A stretch of DNA of 64,000 nt from an uncultured Candidatus Saccharibacteria bacterium (GTDB lineage Bacteria > Patescibacteriota > Minisyncoccia > Phycocordibacterales > WO2-35-19): contig CAZHPR010000001.1 of the NCBI GenBank assembly GCA_964534305.1, forward strand, positions 26,944-90,943, given 5' to 3'. A model generated the notes under the pieces. It was given only the letters and a program-made list of their open reading frames with translations. It did no database searches and was not told where the DNA came from. Numbering within the stretch: the stretch's first letter is position 1; each line of letters begins with the position of its first letter. This document shows, one piece after another, positions 36,940 to 47,383 of this stretch. A program made the translations under genes and the position numbers.

Positions 36940-38472
36940 CTATACCTGCACTTTTGGACGATAAGAGATAGCTTCTAGGATATGGTTTGGTGTTATCTCT
37001 AACGAGGACTCGAGGTCGGCAATGGTACGCGCCAGCTTGATTATACGGTGATAACTCCTCGCTGAGAGGTCTAAAGTTTTCGCAGACTTATTGAGTATTT
37101 CTTTTACTTCATTTGAAAGGCTTAGGATGGTTGCAATATCTCGTGCATTCATTTCTGAATTGGTATTTATATTCCTATTTAATTTAACAAATCTCTCTCG
37201 TTGTATTTCTCTTGCCCTTATTACCCTACTTCTAGCTGGCAAGCTCTCACTCTTCTCTGCCCTCTCGGTAAGCTTGTCATGATCTACTTTTGAGACTTCG
37301 GTCCAAATATCAATACGATCGATGATGGGTCCAGAAATTTTTCTTTTGTATCTCTCTATTTGCATCGCAGAACACCTACAAGACTTGCCTTTGATACCAA
37401 AGTTGCCACAGGGGCATGGGTTCATCGCCGCCACCAAGATAAAGTGTGCAGGGAACTTTACAGTACCTCTCGCTCTTGAGACGGAGACATTTCTTTCTTC
37501 GAGAGGTTCGCGCAAAGCTTCTATTGTTTTATTTTCAAATTCTGGAAACTCATCAAGAAAAAGTACCCCTTTGTGTGAAAGAGTGATTTCTCCCGGTTTT
37601 GGATTTGCTCCTCCACCAACGAGCGCAACATAGGAAGAAGTGTGATGTGGAGAACGAAAAGGTCTCTCGGTAACAAGCAGCCCGTCAAGAGCCCCCGCAA
37701 TAGAATGTATCTCTGTGACCTCCATTATTTCATTGAAAGAAAGTGGGGGTAGGATACTACGCAGAGCCTTCGCGAGCATGGTCTTGCCAGTACCCGGAGG
37801 GCCATAGAGAGCAATATTATGCCCGCCAGCAGCAGCGATCTCGAGGGCTCTCTTGGCAGACTCTTGGCCTTTTATATCGGAGAGATCAAACGATATGGAA
37901 TGATTTACTTTTATTTCTTGTTTTCTTTCTGGTTTTATTTTATCTCTGGATTCGTTGCTTTCTAGATGGGAAATTATTTCTCTTAGCGTCTCTGCTCCGA
38001 ATATAGCTACCCCATCAACCAAAGAGGCTTCTTTGCTATTTATCTTTGGTAAAAATATTTCTTTAAAACCTTCCTCCTTAGCCTTCCTAGCAAAGGCCAG
38101 GGCTCCCTTTATCGGACGAAGCGAACCATCCAAAGAAAGCTCTCCTAGGAAAATCTTTTTGTCTGATACAAAATTTATCTCTCCATCCGCAAGAAGATAA
38201 GCAAGTGCCATCGCAACATCAAGTCCCGAACCTTCTTTTTTGACCTCTGCTGGAGCGAGAGAAACAACAACTTTGTGGTTTTTGGATTTTGGAGATTCAA
38301 ATCCAGAATTTTTTATCGCAGCACTCACCCGATCTCTCGCCTCTTCGACAGCTTTGTCCGGAAGACCAACAATAGAAAACGAATGTAGACCCCGAGAGAG
38401 GTCTACCTCGACATCGACTATGTAAGGTTTGAGTAAAGAAGCTTGTGCACTATAAACCTTTGCGTATGACAT
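36940..38472 (-). CDS. comM: YifB/ComM-family Mg-chelatase-like AAA+ ATPase
   Basis: Lon-like N-terminal domain, Walker A GPPGTGKT, ChlI-type C-terminal domain. Confidence 0.85.
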   Translation of the reverse strand: MSYAKVYSAQASLLKPYIVDVEVDLSRGLHSFSIVGLPDKAVEEARDRVSAAIKNSGFESPKSKNHKVVVSLAPAEVKKEGSGLDVAMALAYLLADGEINFVSDKKIFLGELSLDGSLRPIKGALAFARKAKEEGFKEIFLPKINSKEASLVDGVAIFGAETLREIISHLESNESRDKIKPERKQEIKVNHSISFDLSDIKGQESAKRALEIAAAGGHNIALYGPPGTGKTMLAKALRSILPPLSFNEIMEVTEIHSIAGALDGLLVTERPFRSPHHTSSYVALVGGGANPKPGEITLSHKGVLFLDEFPEFENKTIEALREPLEERNVSVSRARGTVKFPAHFILVAAMNPCPCGNFGIKGKSCRCSAMQIERYKRKISGPIIDRIDIWTEVSKVDHDKLTERAEKSESLPARSRVIRAREIQRERFVKLNRNINTNSEMNARDIATILSLSNEVKEILNKSAKTLDLSARSYHRIIKLARTIADLESSLEITPNHILEAISYRPKVQV

Positions 38473-38476
38473 AGTT

Positions 38477-38839
38477 TTACATATGCTCTTTGCAAGTACG
38501 GGCGGCTGGGTTTGCTTCTAGTCTATCCCTCTCTATTGGCTTTCCATCTACTTCACAGAGACCATATCTCCCTTCTTCGATTTTTTTTAGAGCGTCCTTT
38601 ACTTCGTTGTATCTAATCTCAAGTTCACCGAGAACGGCTGAGTTTTCTTCATATTCTTCTATTTTATCAGCAACCTCACTTTCATCCGCACTGTCGGTGT
38701 CTAGATCAGCTGGCTCTGCTTCCCAATCCGTCTTTACATCAGGATTTTTCCTACCGACAAAGTTGAGTTCTTCTTCCAAACCCCTTAATTCTTCCTCTAA
38801 TTTGGACTTTAGGTCCTGTATGTTTATGTCTTGATTCAT
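38477..38839 (-). CDS. DksA/TraR-family zinc-finger protein
   Basis: Acidic coiled-coil N-terminus plus a C-terminal Cx2[CD]…Cx2[CH]-type finger (CEVDG…TCKEH). Confidence 0.6.
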   Translation of the reverse strand: MNQDINIQDLKSKLEEELRGLEEELNFVGRKNPDVKTDWEAEPADLDTDSADESEVADKIEEYEENSAVLGELEIRYNEVKDALKKIEEGRYGLCEVDGKPIERDRLEANPAARTCKEHM

Positions 38840-38861
38840 AGGAGTATTATATCACATTCTA

Positions 38862-39800
38862 CTATCTTATAACAGATCTGGAGGCAAATATTGAAGATAT
38901 TTCACCTATTGAATTTATACTACTCGATATGAGTACTGTGTTTTTATCCAAAAATGTATACACAATCACAGCTTCACCCCCATCTGTCAAAGCCCTAGTG
39001 TCTTTGTTCCTCACGATTACATCTTTCCAAACTGGATTTGTAATTATTTCCTGATCTTGGTCTAGGTCTGTTAGAACCTCTGCTTCGTTATTTTTTTCCA
39101 AGTCCTTTATTAAAAAGGAAAGATCTTTTTCTAGTGTAGCCTCCCACTCAAGCATCCCCGAAAAAGCTCTGCCAAAATCATTTACAGAGATAATTACAAA
39201 GTAGTCTGTATTGTTTTCATTTTTGATAGAACCAAGAAAAAATTCTTGACCCATAGTTCTTGTGATTGAACTCGGCGGAGTTGCTCCAACAAAAGAAAGA
39301 AAACTGCTTGTATTATCTATCGGAGCGCCGTTTATATCAGAAATCCTTATTGCCGTAACTCCATTACCAGAAGAGATCTTCTTTAGCTCTGAAGACAGCG
39401 TTTCCTTTGTAATATTTGCAAGTGAGAGCTCGCTGTTATAAGGAATTATTTCTTGCTTTATTACTATTGTCTGATCTTCTTTACCAAGAAAGTCAACCAC
39501 AAAGAAAACTGTAAGAGAACCAGCAAGAATGAGTAGGAGGCTCAAAACGATAGCTACAAAATTTATTCTAAAACCTTCACCCTTTTTGCTCTCTACCACC
39601 GCTTCTTCTCTTTCTTCCGCTCTTCTTTTTTCTTTTTCTTTTACGGCGATAGACGTCACTGATTCGTTCTTTTCTTTTATAAATTCAGCAACATCACCTT
39701 GATAGGTGCGCAAAGTCGGCAGAGGGCTCGCTTTGTGAAGCGCTCCGACTATATTGCCTTCTTTGTTCTCTGAGGTATTTGGATTATTTTCCTCATTCAT
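38862..39800 (-). CDS. Membrane-anchored hypothetical protein
   Basis: Single TM helix (FVAIVLSLLLILAGSLTVFFVV) after a charged N-terminus. Confidence 0.4.
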   Translation of the reverse strand: MNEENNPNTSENKEGNIVGALHKASPLPTLRTYQGDVAEFIKEKNESVTSIAVKEKEKRRAEEREEAVVESKKGEGFRINFVAIVLSLLLILAGSLTVFFVVDFLGKEDQTIVIKQEIIPYNSELSLANITKETLSSELKKISSGNGVTAIRISDINGAPIDNTSSFLSFVGATPPSSITRTMGQEFFLGSIKNENNTDYFVIISVNDFGRAFSGMLEWEATLEKDLSFLIKDLEKNNEAEVLTDLDQDQEIITNPVWKDVIVRNKDTRALTDGGEAVIVYTFLDKNTVLISSSINSIGEISSIFASRSVIR

Positions 39801-39812
39801 CTTTTTGATTGT

Positions 39813-41909
39813 TTATTTTTGTTTTATGAAATTTGGATCAGCGTCTTTTATAGAAAGCTTCATCCTCCCCTTTTCATCAACCCCCTTAACCACAACCGGG
39901 ACGACCATACCAACTGACAAATATTTTTCTGTGCGGTCTATCCTAAACGAAGCAATCTCAGATATGTGAACCAGACCATCGCTGTTTTTACCGAGCTTTA
40001 CTATTGCACCAAAATCAGCAACTCTCACCACTTCACCCATAAACTTATCTCCCGTTTTGTACTCTCTCACGATATCTTCTATTGAACTTCTAGCCTTCTC
40101 TGCGCCATCCTTCTCTCCAGTTATAAATATTGTACCATCTTCTTCTATATCTATCTCTACTCCAGTGTTATCTTTTATTTCATTTATAACCTTGCCGCCA
40201 GTACCGATCACCATTCCTATCTTGTCTGGATTTATCTTCATCGAAATTATTCTTGGTGCCCGAGGAGAAAGCTCTGCGCGAGGAGCCTTTATCTCACTTT
40301 CTAACAAATCAAGTATTTTCATTCTAGCCACTTTTGCTTTTTCAAAAGCTTCTTTGAGAACTTCAAGCGGTATACCGTCTACCTTTACATCCATTTGTAC
40401 CGCCGTGACCCCCTCTCTTGTCCCGGCAACTTTGAAGTCCATATCTCCGTGCTCATCTTCTGGGCCTTGGATATCAGTTAGAACTTTATACTTACCACCC
40501 ATAGACATGAGTCCAGAAGCAATACCCGCTACAGGCTTTTTTATCGGTACTCCAGCATCCAAGAGGGCAAGAGTAGAAGCGCATACAGAACCCATGGAAG
40601 TAGAGCCGTTGCTTGCAAGAGCTTCAGAAACAATCCTGATCGTATAAGGAAAATCTTCCTTGTTTGGTATCACCGGCAAAAGAGCCTTTTCTGCAAGAGC
40701 ACCATGCCCAACCATTCTTCTGTTTGTAGAACCGACCCTACCTACTTCTCCGGCAGAAAATGGTGGGAAGTTGTAATGATGCATAAATCTTTTGTTTACT
40801 TGAGTTTCCATACCATCTATCACCTGAGAATCTCCTGGAGCACCGAGAGTCAGAGCAGAAAAAATATGCGTCCCTCCTCGATAAAATATCCCTGAGCCAT
40901 GAAGCACCGAGGAGAGACCTCCAGCTTTTGCATACAAACTCCTAAGTTCATCAAAACCTCTACCATCTACTCGCCTGTTTTGTTCCAAAGAAACTTTATG
41001 TACAAAATCATTTACCGCCTCATGAAAAAGATTTCTGGCTACCCTCTTGTCATGCTCTGGGATCTGTTCACCGAGGAGTGCAAACCAGGCGTCTTCTATT
41101 TCATAAATCTTTGACTTGCCTACCGAACCGAGGATTTCAGGAAACCTTGGTTCAATATATTCTGAAAACAAATTTCTGACACTTTCTGGTACTTCTATAG
41201 GCTTTACTTCCTTCTTATTTTTACCAATTTCAGCTATTATCTTTTTTTGAAAATCTTCTATTTTTTTAAGCTCTTCGTTTGCTCTTTCTAGCGCTTTCAT
41301 CAGAACCTCTTCTCCAGCTTCATTTGCACCCACTTCTATCATATTTATAGCTCCGTTTTTGCCACAAGCAATAAGGTCAAGCTCGTAGTCAGGACTTTCC
41401 CTCTCTTCATAACTTGGGTTTACAATAAAGTCATCATTGCCCTTTAACTTACCAATCCTTACTCCGGATACCGGACCGTTCCAAGGAATATCTGAGACCC
41501 CAAGAGCAAGAGAAGAAGCCACTACTCCCAAAACATCTGGATCATACTTATCCAAAGAAAGTATTGTTATAACAACCTGAACTTCGTTTCGAAGATTGTT
41601 GTCAAAGAGAGGTCTGATCGTCCTATCTACTATTCTGCCAGAAAGTATCGCCTCGTCCGACGGTCTGCCCTCTCTCCTTATAAACCTGCTTCCGAGTATC
41701 TGCCCAGAAGCATAAAATCTTTCTTCGTACTCAACTGTAAGCGGAAAGTAGTCTAACTCTTTCTCCCCCTTGGACATCACAGCTGTTGCAAGCACCACAG
41801 TATCATCGAGGCGAAGCATCACCGAGCCGTGAGCGTTTTCTGCCAAATCACTGAACTCTGCTTCCATTTTTTGACCACCAATCTCAAAAGAATATTTCTT
41901 AGTTTGCAT
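39813..41909 (-). CDS. pnp: Polynucleotide phosphorylase
   Basis: Two RNase PH domains plus KH and S1 domains. Confidence 0.9.
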   Translation of the reverse strand: MQTKKYSFEIGGQKMEAEFSDLAENAHGSVMLRLDDTVVLATAVMSKGEKELDYFPLTVEYEERFYASGQILGSRFIRREGRPSDEAILSGRIVDRTIRPLFDNNLRNEVQVVITILSLDKYDPDVLGVVASSLALGVSDIPWNGPVSGVRIGKLKGNDDFIVNPSYEERESPDYELDLIACGKNGAINMIEVGANEAGEEVLMKALERANEELKKIEDFQKKIIAEIGKNKKEVKPIEVPESVRNLFSEYIEPRFPEILGSVGKSKIYEIEDAWFALLGEQIPEHDKRVARNLFHEAVNDFVHKVSLEQNRRVDGRGFDELRSLYAKAGGLSSVLHGSGIFYRGGTHIFSALTLGAPGDSQVIDGMETQVNKRFMHHYNFPPFSAGEVGRVGSTNRRMVGHGALAEKALLPVIPNKEDFPYTIRIVSEALASNGSTSMGSVCASTLALLDAGVPIKKPVAGIASGLMSMGGKYKVLTDIQGPEDEHGDMDFKVAGTREGVTAVQMDVKVDGIPLEVLKEAFEKAKVARMKILDLLESEIKAPRAELSPRAPRIISMKINPDKIGMVIGTGGKVINEIKDNTGVEIDIEEDGTIFITGEKDGAEKARSSIEDIVREYKTGDKFMGEVVRVADFGAIVKLGKNSDGLVHISEIASFRIDRTEKYLSVGMVVPVVVKGVDEKGRMKLSIKDADPNFIKQK

Positions 41910-42080
41910 AAATATAGACTACTTGTTTAATGAAAACATCTTATCACCAAAACTTCATTTTTTGAATTAAAATCCCTCGCTCTTTACAAACTCTCAAAAT
42001 ACTTGCAAAAGTAGATAAAATTGGTATAGTTTACGAGGAAGCAACAAGTCACAAGCTACTTCAAAACAAGGAGGCAAGAA

Positions 42081-42815
42081 TTGAGTACGATCGATCGTGA
42101 AATTTTGAGGCAACTTTCAATCTTACAATCGGAGCTAGCCCGCTATCTCGGAACATCACGACAAGCTGTGTGCGCTGGAATCAAACAAGGTAAGGATTAC
42201 CTCGACTCACGCCGTCTGCTTCAGCTCTATGATGCGCTTCATGCAAATGGTGACAGACGAGCAACTTTGGTTGCTAACCGCCTGAAGAATATCTACGGGT
42301 TAGAAGCAAATCCACCCACTCTAACTTCGACAATGCACGGTGATCCTGAATCCTTCCCACAAAGGTTTGAGGAGATGTGGGTTTTGGGAGATGAACTACT
42401 TGAACTCACTTCACCTCACTATGCCACCAGAATGCAAAAGCATTACGAGTCACCGAAAAAGACCCTGCTCTACTTTGTTAGTAGACCAGAGATCGGCGAC
42501 AGGCTAACACAACGCATAAAGCTGGAAGTAGGCCGACATAAACGAAGCGGCCAACAAACCGCCAAAATATGTATTCTGCTCTGCAATGCTGTCATGTTCA
42601 TGCCACACTTGATGATCTTTGATCCAATCAGTAATGAAGCTGAAGGGTACGTGAGAACGTCCAGAGGTTTCGTGAAAATGGATCAGGTGCTGACAAGTAT
42701 CATGGTGGCAAACTTCACTGTTGCAGGAGTCAGACCTTTTGGTAAAGAGGGTGCCATCTTGGCAAACGATGCTGGGTTTGGCGGTGTATCATTCAAGATC
42801 CTTCATCAGTTTTGA
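42081..42815 (+). CDS. HTH-domain protein (hypothetical) in a G+C-richer island
   Basis: N-terminal helix-turn-helix (LSILQSELARYLGTSRQAV). G+C above the flanks. Confidence 0.4.
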   Translation: MSTIDREILRQLSILQSELARYLGTSRQAVCAGIKQGKDYLDSRRLLQLYDALHANGDRRATLVANRLKNIYGLEANPPTLTSTMHGDPESFPQRFEEMWVLGDELLELTSPHYATRMQKHYESPKKTLLYFVSRPEIGDRLTQRIKLEVGRHKRSGQQTAKICILLCNAVMFMPHLMIFDPISNEAEGYVRTSRGFVKMDQVLTSIMVANFTVAGVRPFGKEGAILANDAGFGGVSFKILHQF

Positions 42816-42846
42816 CAAATCTTACCGCCCACGACGAGACACAAAA

Positions 42847-42875
42847 GGTCCGTTGGAGGGCGGACTTTTTTATAT
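42847..42875 (+). terminator. Rho-independent terminator
   Basis: GTCCGttggagggCGGAC followed by TTTTTTAT. Confidence 0.6.
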
Positions 42876-42935
42876 AAAAATTTTTAAGATGTAATTTGTT
42901 TTGAAATAGTGTATAAATCTAATAGGAGTAACCTT

Positions 42936-43034
42936 ATGTTTTGGAAACTGTTCGGCTGGGTATCTTACCAGATACTCAAGTTTTTTAACTGGTTAGGTTC
43001 CCGGAAGAAGAAATGGGCGCTGACCAAACAGTAA
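42936..43034 (+). CDS. Unannotated small ORF (32 aa, aromatic-rich then basic: MFWKLFGWVSYQILKFFNWLGSRKKKWALTKQ)
   Basis: AGGAG 8 nt upstream of the ATG. A hairpin plus T-run terminator (43035-43075) follows directly. Confidence 0.4.
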   Translation: MFWKLFGWVSYQILKFFNWLGSRKKKWALTKQ

Positions 43035-43090
43035 GGGCTGATCGCAAGATCAGCCCTTAACCATTTTATTATTTATGTGTTTTTTGTTTT

Positions 43091-43140
43091 CCTCCCCTCT
43101 CCTCTTGCAAGGAGAGGGGTTGGGGGTGAGGTAGATTATT
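43091..43140. repeat. Palindromic element (solo copy) abutting or overlapping the fusA stop codon
   Basis: CCTCCCCTCTCCTCTTGCAAGGAGAGGGGTTGGGGGTGAGGTAGATTATT. Confidence 0.8.
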
Positions 43141-45292
43141 TCCTAGCCTCTGCAATAGAAGCAGCAACGTTTGGAGGCACTATTGCATAGTGATCAAACT
43201 CAATGTTTGCATTACCCCTACCTTCTGTCATAGATCTGAGGCTTGTGACATACCCGAAGAGCTCTGCTAGAGGCACTTTTGCCCTCACAACCTTGAGCCC
43301 AGCCCTATCATCCATACCCTCAATACTACCTCGCTTGGAAGAAAGATAACCGGTAACATCGCCCATGAATTGTTCTGGGACAGTCACTTCAACTTTCATC
43401 ACCGGCTCTAGGATCACAGGTTTTGCTTTCTTGGCAGCTTCCTGAAAGGCTTGAGAAGCAGCAATCTTGTAAGCAATTTCAGAAGAGTCAACATCGTGGT
43501 AAGAACCGAAGGTTAGCTCACAAGAAACATCTGTCATCTTGTAGCCAGCGACAATACCTCTCTCCATTGCCTCCTTTACTCCCTTCTCAACAGCTGGGAT
43601 AAATTCTGCGGGGATAACACCTCCTTTGATAGAATCAATGAATTCAAACCCTTCATCTCGATGGACATTTTTTGGCAACTTAGCATCTGGGTTTTCTAGA
43701 GGTTGTAGCGGTTTTATATTTAGCTTGACGTGACCATACTGACCCTTACCTCCAGTTTGTTTGATATATTTTGTCTCTGCTTCTGCGGTACCGGTAATTG
43801 TCTCTTTATAAGCAACCTGTGGAGCACCAACATTTGCTTCAACATTAAACTCTCTCTTCATACGGTCTACAATAATGTCTAGGTGTAGCTCACCCATACC
43901 TTGTATAACGGTCTCTCCTGTTTCGCTATCCCCTTTTACTCTAAACGTCGGATCCTCATCCGAAAGCCTCCTGAGAGCGGTACCCATTTTCTCTTGGTCT
44001 GCCTTTGTCTTTGGTTCAATACGTAGCGAGATAACAGGCTCTGGGAAAACTATTGATTCCAGAACGATAGGGTTGTTTTCATCAGCAAAGGTGTGAGATG
44101 TTTTTGCATTCTTGAGTCCTACCGCTGCAGCAATTTCTCCAGCAAAAACCTTTTTAACTTCTTCTCTTTGATCAGCCTGGAGACGGACAATTCTTCCAAG
44201 TCTCTCCCTCTCTCCAGTGCTTGCATTGTATATATAAGATCCAGATTCAATTGTTCCAGAGTAAACTCTGAAGAAAGTTAGCTGACCAACAAAAGGGTCT
44301 GCTTGCAACTTGAAAGCAAGTGCTGAGAATGGCTCTTCATCACTAGGATGTCTCTCAATCTCTTCACCTGTCTTTGGATCAGTACCCTTTATAGCAGGGA
44401 TATCAAGCGGAGAAGGCAGGAAATCTACAACCGCATCGAGCACAAGCTGGACACCTTTGTTTTTAAGTGCTGAACCAGTAAAGACTGGGAATATTTTGTT
44501 CTCAACAACCGCCTTTCTGAGTATTTTTTTTAAGGTGCTTACATCTATTTCTTCCCCAGATAGATATTTGTTCATCGCCTCGTCATCATTCTCCACAATC
44601 CTCTCAACGAGTTCTGCTCTATACTTTTCGGCATCAGCTCTTAGGTTTTCAGGAAAAGCGATTTCTACAACATTGTCTCCCAACTTACCCTCAAAGCCAT
44701 AAGCTTTCATCAGCAAAAGGTCTACAACTCCTTCGTGCTTGTCTTCTTCTCCTATAGGTATTTGCATTCTTACTGCCTTTTTTGAAAGCCTTTTTAGAAT
44801 CGAGTCATACGACTTTTCAAAATTCGCCCCTGTTCTGTCTAGTTTGTTTATAAAACAAAGCCTAGGTACGTTTGCTTCTTCTGCGTATCTCCAGTTGGTT
44901 TCGGATTGAGGCTCCACCCCAGCAACACCATCAAAGACGCAGACCGCGCCGTCGAGCACTCTCATTGACCTCTTTACTTCTACAGTAAAGTCTATGTGTC
45001 CAGGAGTATCTATAATATTGAAACGATACTTATTCTCTTTTTTGTTTCTTTCTTCTGGAGAAAGGTAGGTAGGTCCCCAGAAACAGGTTATCGCAGCAGC
45101 TGTGATGGTGATACCTCTTTCTCTCTCCTGTTCCATCCAGTCTGTTGTCGTCTGTCCTTCGTGCACTTCACCTATTTTGTGTTGACTTCCGGTGTAGTAC
45201 AAAATTCTCTCGGAAGTTGTCGTCTTCCCTGCGTCAATATGGGCTATAATCCCAAAATTTCTAACTCTCTCTAGTGGATAATCACGTTGCAT
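43136..45292 (-). CDS. fusA: Elongation factor G
   Basis: G-domain [21 protein letters not shown]. Confidence 0.9.
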   Translation of the reverse strand: MQRDYPLERVRNFGIIAHIDAGKTTTSERILYYTGSQHKIGEVHEGQTTTDWMEQERERGITITAAAITCFWGPTYLSPEERNKKENKYRFNIIDTPGHIDFTVEVKRSMRVLDGAVCVFDGVAGVEPQSETNWRYAEEANVPRLCFINKLDRTGANFEKSYDSILKRLSKKAVRMQIPIGEEDKHEGVVDLLLMKAYGFEGKLGDNVVEIAFPENLRADAEKYRAELVERIVENDDEAMNKYLSGEEIDVSTLKKILRKAVVENKIFPVFTGSALKNKGVQLVLDAVVDFLPSPLDIPAIKGTDPKTGEEIERHPSDEEPFSALAFKLQADPFVGQLTFFRVYSGTIESGSYIYNASTGERERLGRIVRLQADQREEVKKVFAGEIAAAVGLKNAKTSHTFADENNPIVLESIVFPEPVISLRIEPKTKADQEKMGTALRRLSDEDPTFRVKGDSETGETVIQGMGELHLDIIVDRMKREFNVEANVGAPQVAYKETITGTAEAETKYIKQTGGKGQYGHVKLNIKPLQPLENPDAKLPKNVHRDEGFEFIDSIKGGVIPAEFIPAVEKGVKEAMERGIVAGYKMTDVSCELTFGSYHDVDSSEIAYKIAASQAFQEAAKKAKPVILEPVMKVEVTVPEQFMGDVTGYLSSKRGSIEGMDDRAGLKVVRAKVPLAELFGYVTSLRSMTEGRGNANIEFDHYAIVPPNVAASIAEARK

Positions 45293-45411
45293 AATAAATT
45301 ATTAACTACTAACTATTTTAAATTTAACTAAACAAAACCCTGGACCACTCGATAAATAAATTGAACAAACTTATTCCAGACAAGCAGCCAGTAATTTTTG
45401 CTAAGCAAAAA

Positions 45412-45888
45412 TTACCAAGCAAAGTGAGCGAATGCCTTGTTTGCTTCTGCCATCTTGTGGACGTTTTCTCGTTTTTTGATCGCCTCGCTGGTACTGTCGT
45501 TTTTGCTTGCAAGTACAATCTCTTCTGCCAATTTTTGATGCATAGGCTTGCCCTTCTTGTTCCTCGCAGCATCGATAATCCACTTCATAGAAAGATACAT
45601 TCTTCTCTCTGGCCTTACCTCTCTAGGGACCTGATAGTTTGCGCCTCCAACCCTTCTAGACCTTACTTCTACTGTCGGACCAGTGTTCTTTAGGGCGGTA
45701 TCAAAAATTTCTATCGGATTCTCTACTTTTGCATCCTTTTTTATAAGGTCAAAAGCTTCGTAGACTATCTTTCTTGCGGCGTTCTTCTTGCCTCTTTCCA
45801 TACAATAGTTTATAAACTTCTCCACCTTTGTTGAATTGAAGTTTATATCAGGCTTTACGATATTTCTGTTTTTTACTTTTCTTCTCAT
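45412..45888 (-). CDS. rpsG: 30S ribosomal protein S7
   Basis: S7 family sequence; position rpsL-rpsG-fusA. Confidence 0.9.
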   Translation of the reverse strand: MRRKVKNRNIVKPDINFNSTKVEKFINYCMERGKKNAARKIVYEAFDLIKKDAKVENPIEIFDTALKNTGPTVEVRSRRVGGANYQVPREVRPERRMYLSMKWIIDAARNKKGKPMHQKLAEEIVLASKNDSTSEAIKKRENVHKMAEANKAFAHFAW

Positions 45889-45904
45889 GTTTTGTTTTTG
45901 TATT

Positions 45905-45950
45905 TTCCTCCCCTCTCTTAGATTAAGAGAGGGTTAGGGTGAGTTATTTT
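45905..45950. repeat. Palindromic element (solo copy) filling the rpsL-rpsG intergenic spacer
   Basis: CCTCCCCTCTCTTAGATTAAGAGAGGGTTAGGGTGAGTTATTTTTA. Confidence 0.8.
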
Positions 45951-46360
45951 TATGACTTGGGCTTCTTTACTCCATAACTAGATCTTGAGGTTCTTCTCTT
46001 ATCTACTCCAGCTGCATCCAGTCTTCCTCTTACAATTGTGTATCTAACTCCAATATCCTTCACTCTACCACCTCTTAGAGTCACAACTGAGTGCTCTTGC
46101 AAATTGTGCCCAATACCTGGGATATAAGCTGTAACCTCCATACCGTTTGTAAGACGAACCCTGGCTATCTTTCTAATAGCAGAGTTAGGCTTTCTTGGAG
46201 TCTTTGTTGTTACCTTTGTGCAAACCCCCTTCTTAAAAGGAGATGGGTAATATACTGGCTTATTTTTGAGCGTATTAAAACCACGAGCCAAAGCAACAGC
46301 CTTTGACTTCGTCTTTACTATCTTTCTTTTCTTTCTTACTAATTGATTTATTGTAGCCAC
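45948..46360 (-). CDS. rpsL: 30S ribosomal protein S12
   Basis: …[11 protein letters not shown]… S12 signature. Confidence 0.9.
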
Positions 46361-46427
46361 GTTTTTATTAAAAAATTTGCACTAAAAACAGCTCATTCGC
46401 TGCCTCAACAATCTAATATAAAGGCAA

Positions 46428-47039
46428 CTAAAATGCAAGCCCTGTAATAAGAGTAAACGACTTAAACACAATAGGGCTAAAAAATTGCCAAAAGAATGCA
46501 ACAAAAATAAACACCAAGAAAAAGCCGTATTGCTCCATATTTCTCCGCAATGATTCCATCTTTAGTGGCAAAAAGGCGAAAAGTATCTTTGAGCCATCGA
46601 GCGGAGGCACCGGGATCAGATTAAAAAATGCCAAAGTTAGGTTTATAAGGACAACAAAGCTAAGTACCGGAGTAATACTTGATATTTCTAAAGACCTTAT
46701 TATAAACCCAAATACAACTGCAATACCTATATTTGAAAGAGGACCAGCAAAGGCAACTAAAGCTTCCCCAAACCTCGCTGGCAGACCCCACCTTCTAGGG
46801 TCTAGGTTATAAGGATTGAATGGTACCGGTCTTGCCCAACCGACGATAAAGCCTCCAAGAAAATAACCTACAAGTGGCACAAGCACCGAACCAACCGGAT
46901 CAAGATGTTTTATTGGATTTAGAGTTAGCCTGTCTTGATATTTGGCTGTCGGGTCGCCGAGGGCCAAGGCTGCATAGCCATGCGCCACCTCATGGATAAC
47001 TACCGACATTATTAAAATTGCTACTACAAATAAAAACAT
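46428..47039 (-). CDS. Site-2-protease-like membrane zinc metalloprotease (M50-like, HExxH)
   Basis: HEVAHGYAA within a TM helix; several TM segments; …PLDGS…. Confidence 0.55.
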   Translation of the reverse strand: MFLFVVAILIMSVVIHEVAHGYAALALGDPTAKYQDRLTLNPIKHLDPVGSVLVPLVGYFLGGFIVGWARPVPFNPYNLDPRRWGLPARFGEALVAFAGPLSNIGIAVVFGFIIRSLEISSITPVLSFVVLINLTLAFFNLIPVPPLDGSKILFAFLPLKMESLRRNMEQYGFFLVFIFVAFFWQFFSPIVFKSFTLITGLAF

Positions 47040-47077
47040 TGCTTTTGTTATTACTATATGTTAGCATACTCTCCACT

Positions 47078-47320
47078 ATGGCAAGAAGTTGCGCAATAAC
47101 AGGAAAATCATCACAAGTCGGGGGCGGCTATAGCAACCGCACTCGTGCAACCCAGTTCAACCCAACTGGGTCTAGGAGGCGCTATGCCAATCTTCAGAAA
47201 AAGAAGGTTTTTGTGCCTGAACTCGGCAAATCTTTCAACCTTACCCTATCAGCCAAAGCCATCAAAACTATCCAGAAAAAAGGCGCCTTTGCCACTCTCA
47301 AAGACGCAGGGATAATATAG
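47078..47320 (+). CDS. rpmB: 50S ribosomal protein L28
   Basis: MARSCAITGK…NRTRATQFNP… L28 family sequence. The ORF-track start at 47018 overlaps the neighbouring gene, so the internal Met was chosen. Confidence 0.75.
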   Translation: MARSCAITGKSSQVGGGYSNRTRATQFNPTGSRRRYANLQKKKVFVPELGKSFNLTLSAKAIKTIQKKGAFATLKDAGII

Positions 47321-47383
47321 TAGCTAGCATCTAGCATTAAGTATCTAAGTAAAAGTCCTAAACCAAGGTTATTTTTTGTTTGT

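Noticed and set aside
43091-43140. The palindromic elements as classical rho-independent terminators in every copy
   Set aside because: Most copies lack a T-run immediately after the hairpin on the relevant strand, for example after fusA. Terminator function is possible but not supported by sequence alone.
47018-47077. Upstream 20 codons of the rpmB ORF (MLLQIKTLLLLLLYVSILST)
   Set aside because: They overlap the start of the opposite-strand site-2-protease-like gene. L28 homology begins at MARSCAITGK.
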